Shown here piece by piece: positions 25,997 to 36,790 of a DNA stretch of 64,000 nucleotides; the first letter of the stretch is position 1; every line of letters starts with the position of its first letter. A program made the position numbers and the translations under genes. Where the stretch lies: the IMG/VR virus record IMGVR_UViG_3300024229_000651; one strand, written 5' to 3'. The notes beneath the pieces were generated by a model. That model saw only the letters and a list, made by a program, of their open reading frames with translations, did no database searches and had not been told where the DNA came from. Source of the DNA: a virus. Taxonomy: Duplodnaviria; Caudoviricetes.

Positions 25997-28900
25997 TTAA
26001 TTAGAGAAGTTGTACTCAACTGTTACTGTTACAGCGCCTGAAGTAGGAGCACTGCTAGAATCGCTAGTGTCCTTAAAGGATGCTGTTACAGTTGCACCAG
26101 ATGCAATTGCTTCTGCACCGAGGTCAACTACATAAGTGCCTGCACTTGTTGGATCAGTTAATGCATTGCTTACTAATGTGTTTGTACCATCAGATATAAC
26201 AATTGCGTCAACGTCAGCACCAGCAAATGGAGTTGAAACTTTAACAATGACTCTTGAGCCAATGTAAGTTCTACCCGCTGTGCTTGGCATTGTACCTACT
26301 GTGAAGCTGCTTGCAGAACTGTCTGCTGTGAAAGCTGCTCTAAGTATAGTATCGTCAACTTGACTTACTTGTGCGTCAACGTATGCTTTAACAGATTGCT
26401 GTGTTGGAACATGAGTAGCACTGTCTGACGCTAGGTCGTCTTCATCTTTGAAGCCAGCCAATGTCAATGTACCATCGCTTAATGAACCAAACTGTACAGT
26501 ACCAGAAGCAGTTACAGTTGCACCGTTTAGGTCACCAGTTACATCACCAGTTAAATCACCAGTTACGTTACCTGTTACGTTACCTGTTACGTTACCAACT
26601 ACTGCACCAGTATGTGTACCAGCACTGTCACCAGTTAAATCACCAGTTACATCGCCTGTTACATTACCAGTTACGTTACCAGTTAAATCACCAGTTACGT
26701 TACCAGTTACGTTACCTGTTACATCACCAGTTAAATCACCAGTTACGTCACCTGTTACGTTACCTGTTACACTACCAGTAAAGCTATCTGCTTTAACGCC
26801 TTCAGAACCAAAGTCCCACTCACTACCAACTGTTGTATAAAGGATCTGCTTGACACCGCTAGCTGTATTAGCTTCAAAACCTGCGTCAGTTGCAGCACCA
26901 TTTGCGTTAGTGCGGAAAATTGAATCGTTAGTCTGAACTGTTGTTGAGTTAACGATTGTCTGAGTACCTTGTACTGTTAAGTTACCAGTAATAGTAGCGT
27001 CACCGTCGATGCTGATCTGTGAAGATGTAATATCGTCGGATGTGAACGTACCAGTTACACTCAAGTTTGCAATGCTTGCACCGTCAACAATGCCGATTTC
27101 AACTTTGTTGTCAGTTACAGTTGTTTCCAACTGATTTGCAGTACCAGTAAACTCTAAAGTTTGACCGCCTGCTACAGCATCGTTTGTGCCGTTGTCGCCA
27201 GCAATATCGAAACCAGTTGCGATTGTTGCTGTTGAAGTCGAAGTAACACGACCTTGTGCGTCAATTGTTAAGATTGGCACAGCAGTTGTACTACCAACAG
27301 TACCAGCAGTTACGCCAGTAGCTGGCATGCTGATCTGTCCGCCTGTCTTGCTCAAAGTAGAATCTACAGTGATCAAGCCTTGTACTTCTGCGTCAGTTCT
27401 TTCTGTGAAGCTTATTACGCCAGTTGCACTATCGTAACTTAGATCACCACTTGCTGATACTAAACCACGTACTTCTGCGTCTGTGCGCTCTGTGAAGCTC
27501 ATAACACCTGTAGCACTATCGTAACTTAAATCACCACCTGCGCTAACAGCACCACGTGCTCTTGCAGTTGTGTGGTATAAGTTAGTGCCTTCTGATAAAT
27601 CAGTTGTGCTATGGTTGCTGATGTCGCTAACTGTACCTGTTACAGAACCTGTGAACACTGCATCAGTGCCATCAGTACCGTTGTCAAGTACTTTAGTACC
27701 GTTTGTTGCAAATACATCACCTGTCAAAGATGTTGCTTCTGCACCAGTAACTTCAACTGCTAGTGTAACATCGCCTGAACCGTCAATGCTTACATTACCA
27801 GCGGCATCGCCAGATAGTGTAATAGTTCTTGCAGTTGCCCATGCACTTGCTGTGTCAGCGTTACCTGTTACATCACCAGTTACATCACCTGTTACGTTAC
27901 CTGTTACGTTACCAGTTAAATCACCAGTTACATCACCAGTTACATCACCAGTTACATCACCAGTTAAATCACCTGTATACGATTGACCAGCTGCAATTGA
28001 AACGCTGTTAAACGTTACGTCAGCAGTTGTGCCAACATCTTGACCAATTGCAATAGCGCCTGCACCACTTACAGATACACCAGTACCGCCACTAATGTGT
28101 GCTAGTACTTCTGCTTGACTTGGGCCAGTGTATGTTAATACGCCAGTGCCACTATCGTATGCTAATGAACCGTCGCCGCCTGCATCTGTTACACTGATTG
28201 CACTACGTGCTCTAGCATCAGTGAAGTATAAGTTGCTTGAACCTTCTGACAATGCATCCGTATCATGGTTTGCAATGCTAGAAACTTGACCAGTTACATC
28301 ACCAGTGATGTCACCAGTAAAGCTGTCTGCTTTAACGCCTTCAGAACCGAAGTCCCATTCGCCGCCAACAGATGTATAAAGAATCTGCTTAACGCCGCTT
28401 GCAGTGTTAGCTTCGAAACCAGCGTCAGTGTCTGAACCGTTGCTGTTTGTTCTAAAGATAGCGTCTGCTGTTTCTACAGTTGTCGAATTAACTGTTGTTT
28501 GTGTACCTTGTACTGTTAAGTTACCAGTAATAGTTGCATCACCATCAATACTAATTTGACTAGATGTAATGTCATCACTTGTAAATGTGCCAGTTACGCT
28601 CAAGTTTGCAATGCTTGCACCATCAACGATACCAATTTCAACTTTGTTGTCAGAAATTGTTGTTTCGATTTGGTTAGCTGTGCCTTCGAATGTAATAGTC
28701 TCGCCACCAGCTACTGAGTCAGCTGAACCATTGTCGCCTGCTAAACCGAAGCCAGTTGCAATAGTTGCTGTTGTAGCTGCTGTGATACGACCTTTTGCGT
28801 CTACTGTTAAAACAGGAACCGCTGTTGAGCCACCAACTACGCCAGCTGTTACACCACTGTTTGCTAATGTTAGGTCTAGTGTTAAGTTACCTGAACCATC

Positions 28901-29503
28901 GAAAAACTCATCAGGTGCAGTTGCATCGCCGATGATGTTGAAGGTACGTTGTGTAGCAAGTTTGGTTGCTGTATCTGCATTACCAGTTACATCACCAGTT
29001 ACATCACCAGTTACGTCACCAGTTAAGTTACCAGTGAAGCCTGATGAAGCTGCTAACGTTGTGAATGAGCCAGCTGCTGCTGTTGATCCACCAATTACGA
29101 CATTGTCTAACGTGCCGCCTGTTAATGCAATAGCATTAGCATTTTGTGTTGCTACTGAGCCTAAGCCCAATGTTGTTCTACCTGCTGCAGCATCAGCTGA
29201 ACCCAATAAGGATATGCCTGTTGCAGTTATATCAGTGGTACCAAATGTATCAGCGCCAGTTGTGTAAAGGATCTTGTCAGCCGCTACAGTAGACAAACCA
29301 GTACCACCATAGGTGACACCAATTGTTGAACCTTGCCAAGTACCAGCTTCTACAGTTGCAAACTGTACGTTCTCTAATGAAGAGCCGCTGTCCTTGAATT
29401 CAAATCTACCGTTAGCAGAATCGTATACTACGAAGCCGCCGCCTTTACCCATTTGTACGTCTGAGGCAATACCTTTGATTCCAAAGTTTTTAATATTAGC
29501 CAT
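25997..29503 (-). CDS. Long tail-fibre-like structural protein with TG(D/N)(V/L) repeats and internal duplication
   Basis: 1168 aa, Gly/Thr/Asp-rich; TITGNLTVQGT and LSEG..NLY.T.ARAR fibre motifs; late promoter 29580-29587. Confidence 0.85.
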   Translation of the reverse strand: MANIKNFGIKGIASDVQMGKGGGFVVYDSANGRFEFKDSGSSLENVQFATVEAGTWQGSTIGVTYGGTGLSTVAADKILYTTGADTFGTTDITATGISLLGSADAAAGRTTLGLGSVATQNANAIALTGGTLDNVVIGGSTAAAGSFTTLAASSGFTGNLTGDVTGDVTGDVTGNADTATKLATQRTFNIIGDATAPDEFFDGSGNLTLDLTLANSGVTAGVVGGSTAVPVLTVDAKGRITAATTATIATGFGLAGDNGSADSVAGGETITFEGTANQIETTISDNKVEIGIVDGASIANLSVTGTFTSDDITSSQISIDGDATITGNLTVQGTQTTVNSTTVETADAIFRTNSNGSDTDAGFEANTASGVKQILYTSVGGEWDFGSEGVKADSFTGDITGDVTGQVSSIANHDTDALSEGSSNLYFTDARARSAISVTDAGGDGSLAYDSGTGVLTYTGPSQAEVLAHISGGTGVSVSGAGAIAIGQDVGTTADVTFNSVSIAAGQSYTGDLTGDVTGDVTGDVTGDLTGNVTGNVTGDVTGDVTGNADTASAWATARTITLSGDAAGNVSIDGSGDVTLAVEVTGAEATSLTGDVFATNGTKVLDNGTDGTDAVFTGSVTGTVSDISNHSTTDLSEGTNLYHTTARARGAVSAGGDLSYDSATGVMSFTERTDAEVRGLVSASGDLSYDSATGVISFTERTDAEVQGLITVDSTLSKTGGQISMPATGVTAGTVGSTTAVPILTIDAQGRVTSTSTATIATGFDIAGDNGTNDAVAGGQTLEFTGTANQLETTVTDNKVEIGIVDGASIANLSVTGTFTSDDITSSQISIDGDATITGNLTVQGTQTIVNSTTVQTNDSIFRTNANGAATDAGFEANTASGVKQILYTTVGSEWDFGSEGVKADSFTGSVTGNVTGDVTGDLTGDVTGNVTGNVTGDLTGNVTGNVTGDVTGDLTGDSAGTHTGAVVGNVTGNVTGNVTGDLTGDVTGDLNGATVTASGTVQFGSLSDGTLTLAGFKDEDDLASDSATHVPTQQSVKAYVDAQVSQVDDTILRAAFTADSSASSFTVGTMPSTAGRTYIGSRVIVKVSTPFAGADVDAIVISDGTNTLVSNALTDPTSAGTYVVDLGAEAIASGATVTASFKDTSDSSSAPTSGAVTVTVEYNFSN

Positions 29504-29609
29504 TTATATTACTCCTAGGATTGTTAATTAAATTCCTTTCTTATAAGAATACATGCAGAACAATTTAGTCTGCACTCTTTATTTATCAGTTTTTCTGGTT
29601 AGTGTGTGG

Positions 29610-31634
29610 TTAGACGTAAGTTACTGACACAGTAAATTCGCCCTGTAATGCGTTTCTATGTGTGATTCGTGCTTTGATTTGTAAATCTGTTGTTTGTGTT
29701 TCTGGGTATAGATAATTGGGAGATGCACTGTATGTTGCTGCTTCTTCCAAATCTGATTCTTCACCGGTCATAAATTGATCTATGTCATTTGTTACGCCGA
29801 CTTCTACTATGGGAGGGTTGCCATTATAACTTCCCATGGGAGTTACAACTTCTACAACAATTTCTACTATTCGACAACCAGGTGAAATGTTGCCTAAGTT
29901 AATAGTTTCTATTCCGTTCAATCCTCCACCTGGTGTTGTGTACGTTGTTGTTAATGTTTGCGCATCTGTTGCAGCACTGTCTTGGTTACCTACTTCGACC
30001 CAGCCGCCGCCATCATATATAAACAAACCCCACTCACCGCCGCCTGCATCTGTTACATATGCCATGTCGCCGCCTTGTGAACTGAGATTGTCTCTTGCTG
30101 TTACTGAATTAACAACAACAATACCACCTGTTTTAACACCGTGCTCAATATAAAGTGCTAGTGGAAATTGTCCGTTGTGTACGCTATAAATCTCTAAGTC
30201 TGTGGTAGGAGTCCCAACTCTGTTTCTTAAATCTATCGGTCCTCCATCTGACCTAGTTAACTTCATTAATTCTAATGTTGATGACCCGGTACTTGTTGCT
30301 AATCCGGTTACACTACCCGAACCTGCAAATGGTGTTCCGTTTGTGTCGTTGTTAATATTGAATATGGTTACTGCATTACCTTCTGATTCTGTTAATTCTA
30401 TTTCACCTGATCCTAATACAATAGCAGATAAATTTGTTATTCCAGCACTGTTAATTGAAGTTACGATGTCATTTGCATCAGCAATACCTGCGCCATAAGC
30501 AACAGAACCAGATGCATCACTGTTAAAATTAATTGTTGTATTTCCGCTACCACTGTCTATAGCAGCAGAGAACGGTATAAAACCGCCCGCTAGACCGTAC
30601 AGATAGTCGCCAGTTGAACTTGTTACTTTTGCTACATCTAACACTACTGATGCAACAACATTTGTGTTTGCAGCAGTTATATCGCTTACGACAGTAGATA
30701 TGTTGCCGCCTGTAAGTGTTACATTTGTATCATTAACTTCTAGTACACTATTAACATTAGCCAATGCACTTGAGTTTCCGCTTATTAATGTTGTTGGTAT
30801 ACTGTCTTTAATTTTTAGAAACAGTACTTTGTTTGTGGTATACGATGTAGTTAAGTCACCATCTGTATCAGCGTAAATATAATCACCAGCAACACCTGGT
30901 ATCGCTGGATTAAAATCAATAATTCTATTCTGAGGCATAAGCATAAATTGATCCGGGCCTGGGCCAGTCACACTTACTACACCAATAGTTCGTGCCACTG
31001 TTGAAGCATTTGCTTTGTCAAACTCCCCAGTTTCTGTACACACAATAACATCTCCACGAGCAAATCCGTGGCTTGTTTTTTGTAATCTAAAGTTCTCTGC
31101 CGGGTTAAAATATTCAAATCTACTTGTGATATTAGGGAAGAAGTCTGTGCTTACGACACTTGCTGGCAAAGGATCAAGCAATGGCTTACCAGTTTCATTT
31201 ACTGTAAACACAATTGCAGTTCCTGGAACGGAAAATAAAGGAGAACCTGTAGCACTTCTAAATGTATTATATCTTAACACATCTTCCACTACACAAGTTA
31301 CTTCCGTTTCCGTTTTAGCAGTAACACTAATTATCTGCATGCACTTACCGTCTTGAGAACCTGCTATCCAATCACCTACTGCAATGTCTAAGCCGTTGTA
31401 TTTACGTGGATCTCTAGTCTTGTGTGAGCCATGCGTATAAGTGGATACAGTAAAAGTAATACTGTATTGATAAAACTTTGGACTCGAGGAGCCAGACCAC
31501 CATGGATCATTTTCTCCGTCGTCAAATGGCCAAGTTCTTTCACCTGTTGAGCTAGTTACTGTGCACTGTAAAACCTTTGCTGGTTTATAAATGTCAAGTA
31601 CCGGGGAGGCACTTTTGTTTATAGTATTGCTCAT
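29610..31634 (-). CDS. Virion structural protein (tail/baseplate-associated)
   Basis: 674 aa, beta-rich, within fibre operon. Confidence 0.7.
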   Translation of the reverse strand: MSNTINKSASPVLDIYKPAKVLQCTVTSSTGERTWPFDDGENDPWWSGSSSPKFYQYSITFTVSTYTHGSHKTRDPRKYNGLDIAVGDWIAGSQDGKCMQIISVTAKTETEVTCVVEDVLRYNTFRSATGSPLFSVPGTAIVFTVNETGKPLLDPLPASVVSTDFFPNITSRFEYFNPAENFRLQKTSHGFARGDVIVCTETGEFDKANASTVARTIGVVSVTGPGPDQFMLMPQNRIIDFNPAIPGVAGDYIYADTDGDLTTSYTTNKVLFLKIKDSIPTTLISGNSSALANVNSVLEVNDTNVTLTGGNISTVVSDITAANTNVVASVVLDVAKVTSSTGDYLYGLAGGFIPFSAAIDSGSGNTTINFNSDASGSVAYGAGIADANDIVTSINSAGITNLSAIVLGSGEIELTESEGNAVTIFNINNDTNGTPFAGSGSVTGLATSTGSSTLELMKLTRSDGGPIDLRNRVGTPTTDLEIYSVHNGQFPLALYIEHGVKTGGIVVVNSVTARDNLSSQGGDMAYVTDAGGGEWGLFIYDGGGWVEVGNQDSAATDAQTLTTTYTTPGGGLNGIETINLGNISPGCRIVEIVVEVVTPMGSYNGNPPIVEVGVTNDIDQFMTGEESDLEEAATYSASPNYLYPETQTTDLQIKARITHRNALQGEFTVSVTYV

Positions 31635-31637
31635 GTA

Positions 31638-34600
31638 TTATGATCCCATCGTAAAGTAAATCCAAGCATGCGACACTTGTCCAAATGTACTACTAGCGCC
31701 AGTTTCACCTCTAGTTAAGCTCATAGTGATCCCTGCAGAAGCAAGTGCACCGTGTGGGTTACTACCTGCGTCTAGCTTTAGTGTTGTACTAACGTCTACC
31801 AAACTTGGTTGTTTAATGTTGTATTCTGCAGTAGCCTGAGACAAACCGTATGACATCATGCCAATTGGTGGGAAGCTATAGTTTCCGCCAAAGTCTACCT
31901 CAATCTCACAACTGTTTGAAGAGGCATTATTTACTGATACATTGCCTAATCCTGAACTCATATCTGATATGCCGTTTGTTCCTTGTGAAGTATCAATGCC
32001 GCCACCTGCTGTATAATGCAATTTGAAATATTCAAAAGAGGTGCCGCCACCGCCACCACCGCCACCACCACCTGATATAGGTGCGTTAGCAATGCTTGTA
32101 ATTCGACCTTGCTGGTCAACTGTAATTGAGGCTGCTTGTGTTGAGCTACCATATGATCCTGGTGTTACAGCAGTGTCTGCCAGTGCAATTTCGCCTGTGG
32201 TATTGTCATAATCAATACCCGTTGTGCCGCTTATATCTGTAAGACTTATGCCTGAACCTAAGTCATTGTTGAAAGAACTTAATGGTATTTCTGAAAACTG
32301 CTTACGCTTCTGTGATCCGTTGTCTAACAGTATTACTTCATCTGCAGTTCTGTCCACAGTTTCGGTCATGTCAGCAAGTTCAGATAGGTCAACATGTAAC
32401 GAAACAGTTCCTGTAGTTCCACCGCCACTTAAACCTGTGCCAGCTAAAACACCTTCTATGTCGCCAGCACCACCGCCACCTGCGCCTGCAAGTAATGTAG
32501 TTAAGTCAACGTTACCAGTTTGTCCTGTAAGGCTAATTACATTACCACTAAGTGTTAAGTCTTGGGAGTCAGTGTTACCACCACCTGCTATTGGAGTTAA
32601 GTCAACACTGTTACCATTTGAAATAATAAGTGTATTACCTGATAAAGTTAGTGTTTGGCTGTCAGTTTCACTAGTTATATATCCGCTTAGGTCTGGTGGT
32701 GTAAATGTAAATACGCCTGTTCCGCCTGCATATGTTAGTGAACCGCTTCCGTTTGCACTTGCTGTGCTAACACTAATACTTGTAAGATCAGCGTCAGCAC
32801 CATCAGCACCTGCTGCTCCGTCTGCACCGTCTGCACCCGCCGGTCCTTGTGGACCCGTTGCGCCAGTATCACCAGTATCTCCTTTAGTACCCTGAAGTCC
32901 TTGTGGACCCTGAGCACCGTCTGCACCTGCGTCACCATCATCGCCTTTGAGACCCTGTGGGCCTTGAGCGCCTGTTGCACCCTGAACACTACCAGTAACG
33001 TTTACAGTACTTGCATCGTTCATAGTTAGTGTTATAGCACCGTTTGATACCGCAGCACTTGTAATTGTTTGACCGTCAGCGCCGTCTGCGCCAGCTGGTC
33101 CAGTTAAGCCTATATCACCCTTAGGCCCTTGAATATTGCCTACGTCTGTTGTGGATGTATTAGAAAAATCTATTACTAAGTTACCAGCAACTAATGTCAC
33201 GTCTGTGATACTAATGCCGTCATCGCCATCTGCACCAGCCTGTCCTGTTAAGCCGACATTACCCTGTGGTCCTGTTGGTCCAGTAGGCCCTGGTACTGTG
33301 CTGTCTGCGCCATCAGCGCCATCTGCTCCAGCTTGGCCTTGCGGTCCTTGAGAACCAGTATCGCCTGTATCTCCTTTAAGACCTTGTGGTCCCTGGGCGC
33401 CAGCGGCTCCATCAGCTCCATCAGCTCCGGGTGCTCCATCTGCTCCATCTGCTCCTGCTGGCCCCGGTACTGTGCTGTCTGCGCCATCTGCTCCAGCTGG
33501 TCCTGTTGGCCCAGCTGGTCCTGTTGCTCCCAACCCGCTTAAATCTATTGTAGTACCATCATATGTAAAGTCACTGCCTGACACACTTATAGCTGGTCTA
33601 TTTTGTAAATCTGTATAGTTACCTGTGAAAGCAACTGTACTTAATTCTGTATTGCTGTTGTTTAGTGCATTAGCAACTTCTGCTAAACTGTCTAAGTTTA
33701 CATTAGCACCGCCTAAAATCTTTGTTTCTAAAGCATCGACATACGATAACATGTTTACGTTTGCAGTGTCAACATATGCTTTCATATCACTATTTGCTTG
33801 CGTAATCTCGCCACTCAATGTTGTAGCACTACTACCTATGGATGTTTGTAAATTGTTTAGGCCACCATCTACATATGATTTAAGATCAGTGTTTGCTTGA
33901 TCTACATACGCTTCTGTTGCATATCCTGTTAAGTCTACACTAACATTAGCTACTGCGTTATCAACGTAACTCTCTGTCGCATAGCCTGTTAAGTCCACTG
34001 CGCCGTTTGCTACAGCAGTGTTTACAAATGATTCTGTTGCATAGCCTGTTAAGTCTACTGCAAGAGTGCTTAAATCAACGCTGTTACCATTGCTAATACT
34101 CAGTGTATTATTTGCAAATGTCAATGTTTGTGTTACAGTTTGATCTGCTACCCAAGCATAGTCAGTGCCGTTCCAGCTTAATAGTTCTCCGGAGCTTGCA
34201 CTTGATATATTTAAATGATCATCGATGTTACCTTGTACTTGTTGCTCAAAGTTTACAAATTCAAACTGTGCATTGCCTGCAACATATTTTAGAATGTCTC
34301 CGTCGTTTAATGCATCAGCACTATCAACTTGCTGTATATGTTGTATGTCGATATAACCGTTGATCCATTCGCTACCGCTCCATCTAAGTGCTTGGTTAGC
34401 AACAGGGTTTGAAACGTTAGTATCTGTTAGTGCTTCGAATGTTGTTGATCCTGCACTGTCCAACGAGCTTAAATCAACACTGTTGCCATCGCTTATTGTT
34501 AATGTATTTGTTGCTGTATTCCAACTCAATGATTGTGTTACTGAGGAAATATCTGCAGGCTCAAAAGTTATTACGCCTGTAACGTTGTTATAAGTTAATG

Positions 34601-34853
34601 ACCCGTTACCATTCGCTGGATCAGTAGTAACACTAATGTCAGAAAGGGCAATCCCTGACGAAAATGCTAGCGGAGATCCGTTTGCGTAATAATAGTTGTC
34701 TGTGAAAATTGCATCTACTGTTGCGTTACCCGATGCAGCAACATCAATAACACCGACAATGTTATTGTTTGCTAGGTTAAGATTGTCTCCTGCGGGTAGT
34801 TCTTTTAGTAATCTACTCCCCGAGTCTACAATTAGTGGAATTCTATCTGTCAT
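31638..34853 (-). CDS. Collagen-like fibre protein
   Basis: Long Gly-X-Y tract (~32795-33530), DLTGYATE repeats, poly-Gly linkers. Confidence 0.85.
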   Translation of the reverse strand: MTDRIPLIVDSGSRLLKELPAGDNLNLANNNIVGVIDVAASGNATVDAIFTDNYYYANGSPLAFSSGIALSDISVTTDPANGNGSLTYNNVTGVITFEPADISSVTQSLSWNTATNTLTISDGNSVDLSSLDSAGSTTFEALTDTNVSNPVANQALRWSGSEWINGYIDIQHIQQVDSADALNDGDILKYVAGNAQFEFVNFEQQVQGNIDDHLNISSASSGELLSWNGTDYAWVADQTVTQTLTFANNTLSISNGNSVDLSTLAVDLTGYATESFVNTAVANGAVDLTGYATESYVDNAVANVSVDLTGYATEAYVDQANTDLKSYVDGGLNNLQTSIGSSATTLSGEITQANSDMKAYVDTANVNMLSYVDALETKILGGANVNLDSLAEVANALNNSNTELSTVAFTGNYTDLQNRPAISVSGSDFTYDGTTIDLSGLGATGPAGPTGPAGADGADSTVPGPAGADGADGAPGADGADGAAGAQGPQGLKGDTGDTGSQGPQGQAGADGADGADSTVPGPTGPTGPQGNVGLTGQAGADGDDGISITDVTLVAGNLVIDFSNTSTTDVGNIQGPKGDIGLTGPAGADGADGQTITSAAVSNGAITLTMNDASTVNVTGSVQGATGAQGPQGLKGDDGDAGADGAQGPQGLQGTKGDTGDTGATGPQGPAGADGADGAAGADGADADLTSISVSTASANGSGSLTYAGGTGVFTFTPPDLSGYITSETDSQTLTLSGNTLIISNGNSVDLTPIAGGGNTDSQDLTLSGNVISLTGQTGNVDLTTLLAGAGGGGAGDIEGVLAGTGLSGGGTTGTVSLHVDLSELADMTETVDRTADEVILLDNGSQKRKQFSEIPLSSFNNDLGSGISLTDISGTTGIDYDNTTGEIALADTAVTPGSYGSSTQAASITVDQQGRITSIANAPISGGGGGGGGGGTSFEYFKLHYTAGGGIDTSQGTNGISDMSSGLGNVSVNNASSNSCEIEVDFGGNYSFPPIGMMSYGLSQATAEYNIKQPSLVDVSTTLKLDAGSNPHGALASAGITMSLTRGETGASSTFGQVSHAWIYFTMGS

Positions 34854-34865
34854 GTCATTGCCCTT

Positions 34866-36737
34866 TTATGATAAACTTATCGCAACAGTTCCTGTGCGTG
34901 ATATTATATTTAACAGACCACCCGCTGTGAGTGGTATACTTTCGGTTCCAAGCCGTGTGCCTACAATCAATTCTGATACTTGTGGCCCAGCCGAACCCAA
35001 TATGTTCGTTGTGTCAGTTAACTGGCTTATATCTGATGGTATTACATTAGTTGTGTCAGTTAAGTTACTGATGTCGCTTGGCAGTAAATTAGTCGAGTCT
35101 GTTAAGTCGCTAAGGTCACTTGCCAATAAATTAGTCGTGTCAGTCAATTGACTGATATCATCTGGTACAACGTTTGTTGTGTCAGATAGATCACTGAGGT
35201 CTGCTGGTATTAGCCCACCAGTGTCTGTTAAGTTACTAAGGTCCGAAGGTATTAACCCAGTAGTATCTGTTAAGTTACTGAGGTCACTTGGTATTAAACT
35301 AGTTGTGTCAGATAAGTCTGTTAGATCAGCTGGTATTAACCCAGTAGTATCTGTTAAGTTACTGAGGTCACTTGGTATTAAACTAGTTGTGTCAGATAAG
35401 TCTGTTAGATCAGCTGGTATTAGTCCAGTAGTATCTGTTAACTCACTTAAATCTGACGGTACATAAATTGTTCCTGCTTCGAACTGTGAATTACTAGCGT
35501 TCCATATTAGCGTTTGACCGTCTTGTATCCCAATGGAATCGACATCTAGTAAATCTGAAATTACATTTATTTCTCTATATGTTGACGATATTAGTATTGA
35601 ATCTGCATTAGAATCAGCTACAACAGATATTCCAGGACCAGCAGCAAAATTCAATACATCATTTTGTCTGTCTGCAACTATGTAATTGTATACATTGCCT
35701 TCTGCAGATACTCGCCCAAAGCTGTGTACGTTGATATCTGTAGACAACGTTATTGTGTCAGTCATTGGATCAGCACTAACAACCAAGTTGTTATCTCCGG
35801 ACACAATAGTAAGGTTAGTAGAATCAAAATCTACACTACCGTCACTGAAGTTTACAGTCTTAATAAATCCGCCAGTCGACGGTATCACAATGTTTGCAAT
35901 CTCAGATCTGATCTGATCAGCATCCATAGAGTCAGCTCTCAGCATATAGTTCGATGCTGGCTGGCTACCCAGGTTTAATGTGTTGACTGATAGATCAGCA
36001 GTACCTCTAAAGTATGTTGAGAACACTTGATGGTATTGATGATTTGCATTACCTAAACTATAAAAATTATGTAGGGCAGGAGCATGGTTGGATGTTTCTG
36101 TTATAGACGTTACAACATGTGCATTAAACAGTAAGGAGTCTACTTTACCACTTATGTCTACGTTGTCTACCCAAGTTACAGAACCATTTCCATCTGTTTT
36201 TAAAATTTGTCCGTCAGTGCCATCTGTCTGCGGAAGGTTAAAGTTTCCGCCTATGCTTAAATTATGTAAATTTGCACTGAATGCTGTGATGGATCCATCT
36301 TCAATATTGACACTATTGCTTAGACCAGCAATTGTTAGTACACCTTCGTCCAATGTGATTCCAGCTGCATTTTTAATACCATTGCCGGTCTCGTCGTATA
36401 CTGCAACGGCATTTGCTGTAACTGATGGTTGTACACTTAATGCATTGCTACCAACTGTTGCGTCGATTGTGATGACATTGTTTGCTAGAGTTAATGTTGT
36501 GTTTGCGCCAGCACTTAGTTTGTAAAAATCTAAATATGCGCCATCGTTGGCTTTGTAAATACCAACACCAGTGTCGCCAATATTTCTACCCACACCATGA
36601 ACTGCGCCGCCTCCGTTAACTAGAGATGCTATTGTTTCATTAACAAACGCACCAACATTCGCATCGTAAACCAATATTTGGTTGTCTGCGATGGAATCAA
36701 TGTTGAATTGTACCGTTTGGTTAGTTGTAATCGCCAT
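34866..36737 (-). CDS. Fibre-like protein with C-terminal 14-aa tandem repeats
   Basis: LPQTDGTDGQILKTDG motif; P(S/A)DL(S/T)xL(T/S)DTTxL(I/L) repeats; GATAAATA at 36762-36769. Confidence 0.8.
   Translation of the reverse strand: MAITTNQTVQFNIDSIADNQILVYDANVGAFVNETIASLVNGGGAVHGVGRNIGDTGVGIYKANDGAYLDFYKLSAGANTTLTLANNVITIDATVGSNALSVQPSVTANAVAVYDETGNGIKNAAGITLDEGVLTIAGLSNSVNIEDGSITAFSANLHNLSIGGNFNLPQTDGTDGQILKTDGNGSVTWVDNVDISGKVDSLLFNAHVVTSITETSNHAPALHNFYSLGNANHQYHQVFSTYFRGTADLSVNTLNLGSQPASNYMLRADSMDADQIRSEIANIVIPSTGGFIKTVNFSDGSVDFDSTNLTIVSGDNNLVVSADPMTDTITLSTDINVHSFGRVSAEGNVYNYIVADRQNDVLNFAAGPGISVVADSNADSILISSTYREINVISDLLDVDSIGIQDGQTLIWNASNSQFEAGTIYVPSDLSELTDTTGLIPADLTDLSDTTSLIPSDLSNLTDTTGLIPADLTDLSDTTSLIPSDLSNLTDTTGLIPSDLSNLTDTGGLIPADLSDLSDTTNVVPDDISQLTDTTNLLASDLSDLTDSTNLLPSDISNLTDTTNVIPSDISQLTDTTNILGSAGPQVSELIVGTRLGTESIPLTAGGLLNIISRTGTVAISLS
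35248..35422. repeat. Perfect 84-bp tandem duplication within the 42-bp repeat array
   Basis: 35248-35331 identical to 35332-35415. Confidence 0.9.
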
Positions 36738-36790
36738 ATTATATCCTGCTCAGTATAGCAGTATTTATCACTTTATGTGATTTTTAGACT

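Noticed and set aside
26775-28859. Diversity-generating retroelement TR/VR pair
   Set aside because: Differences are mostly synonymous and not restricted to adenines; no reverse transcriptase in the window.
26460-35460. CRISPR-like arrays in the 12-nt and 42-nt repeats
   Set aside because: Repeats are in-frame coding units without unique spacers; no cas genes.
26448-36525. Many long plus-strand ORFs (e.g. 26448, 27570, 28569, 32224, 34696, 36088)
   Set aside because: Antisense shadows of repetitive, codon-biased fibre genes; no SD and no independent motifs.
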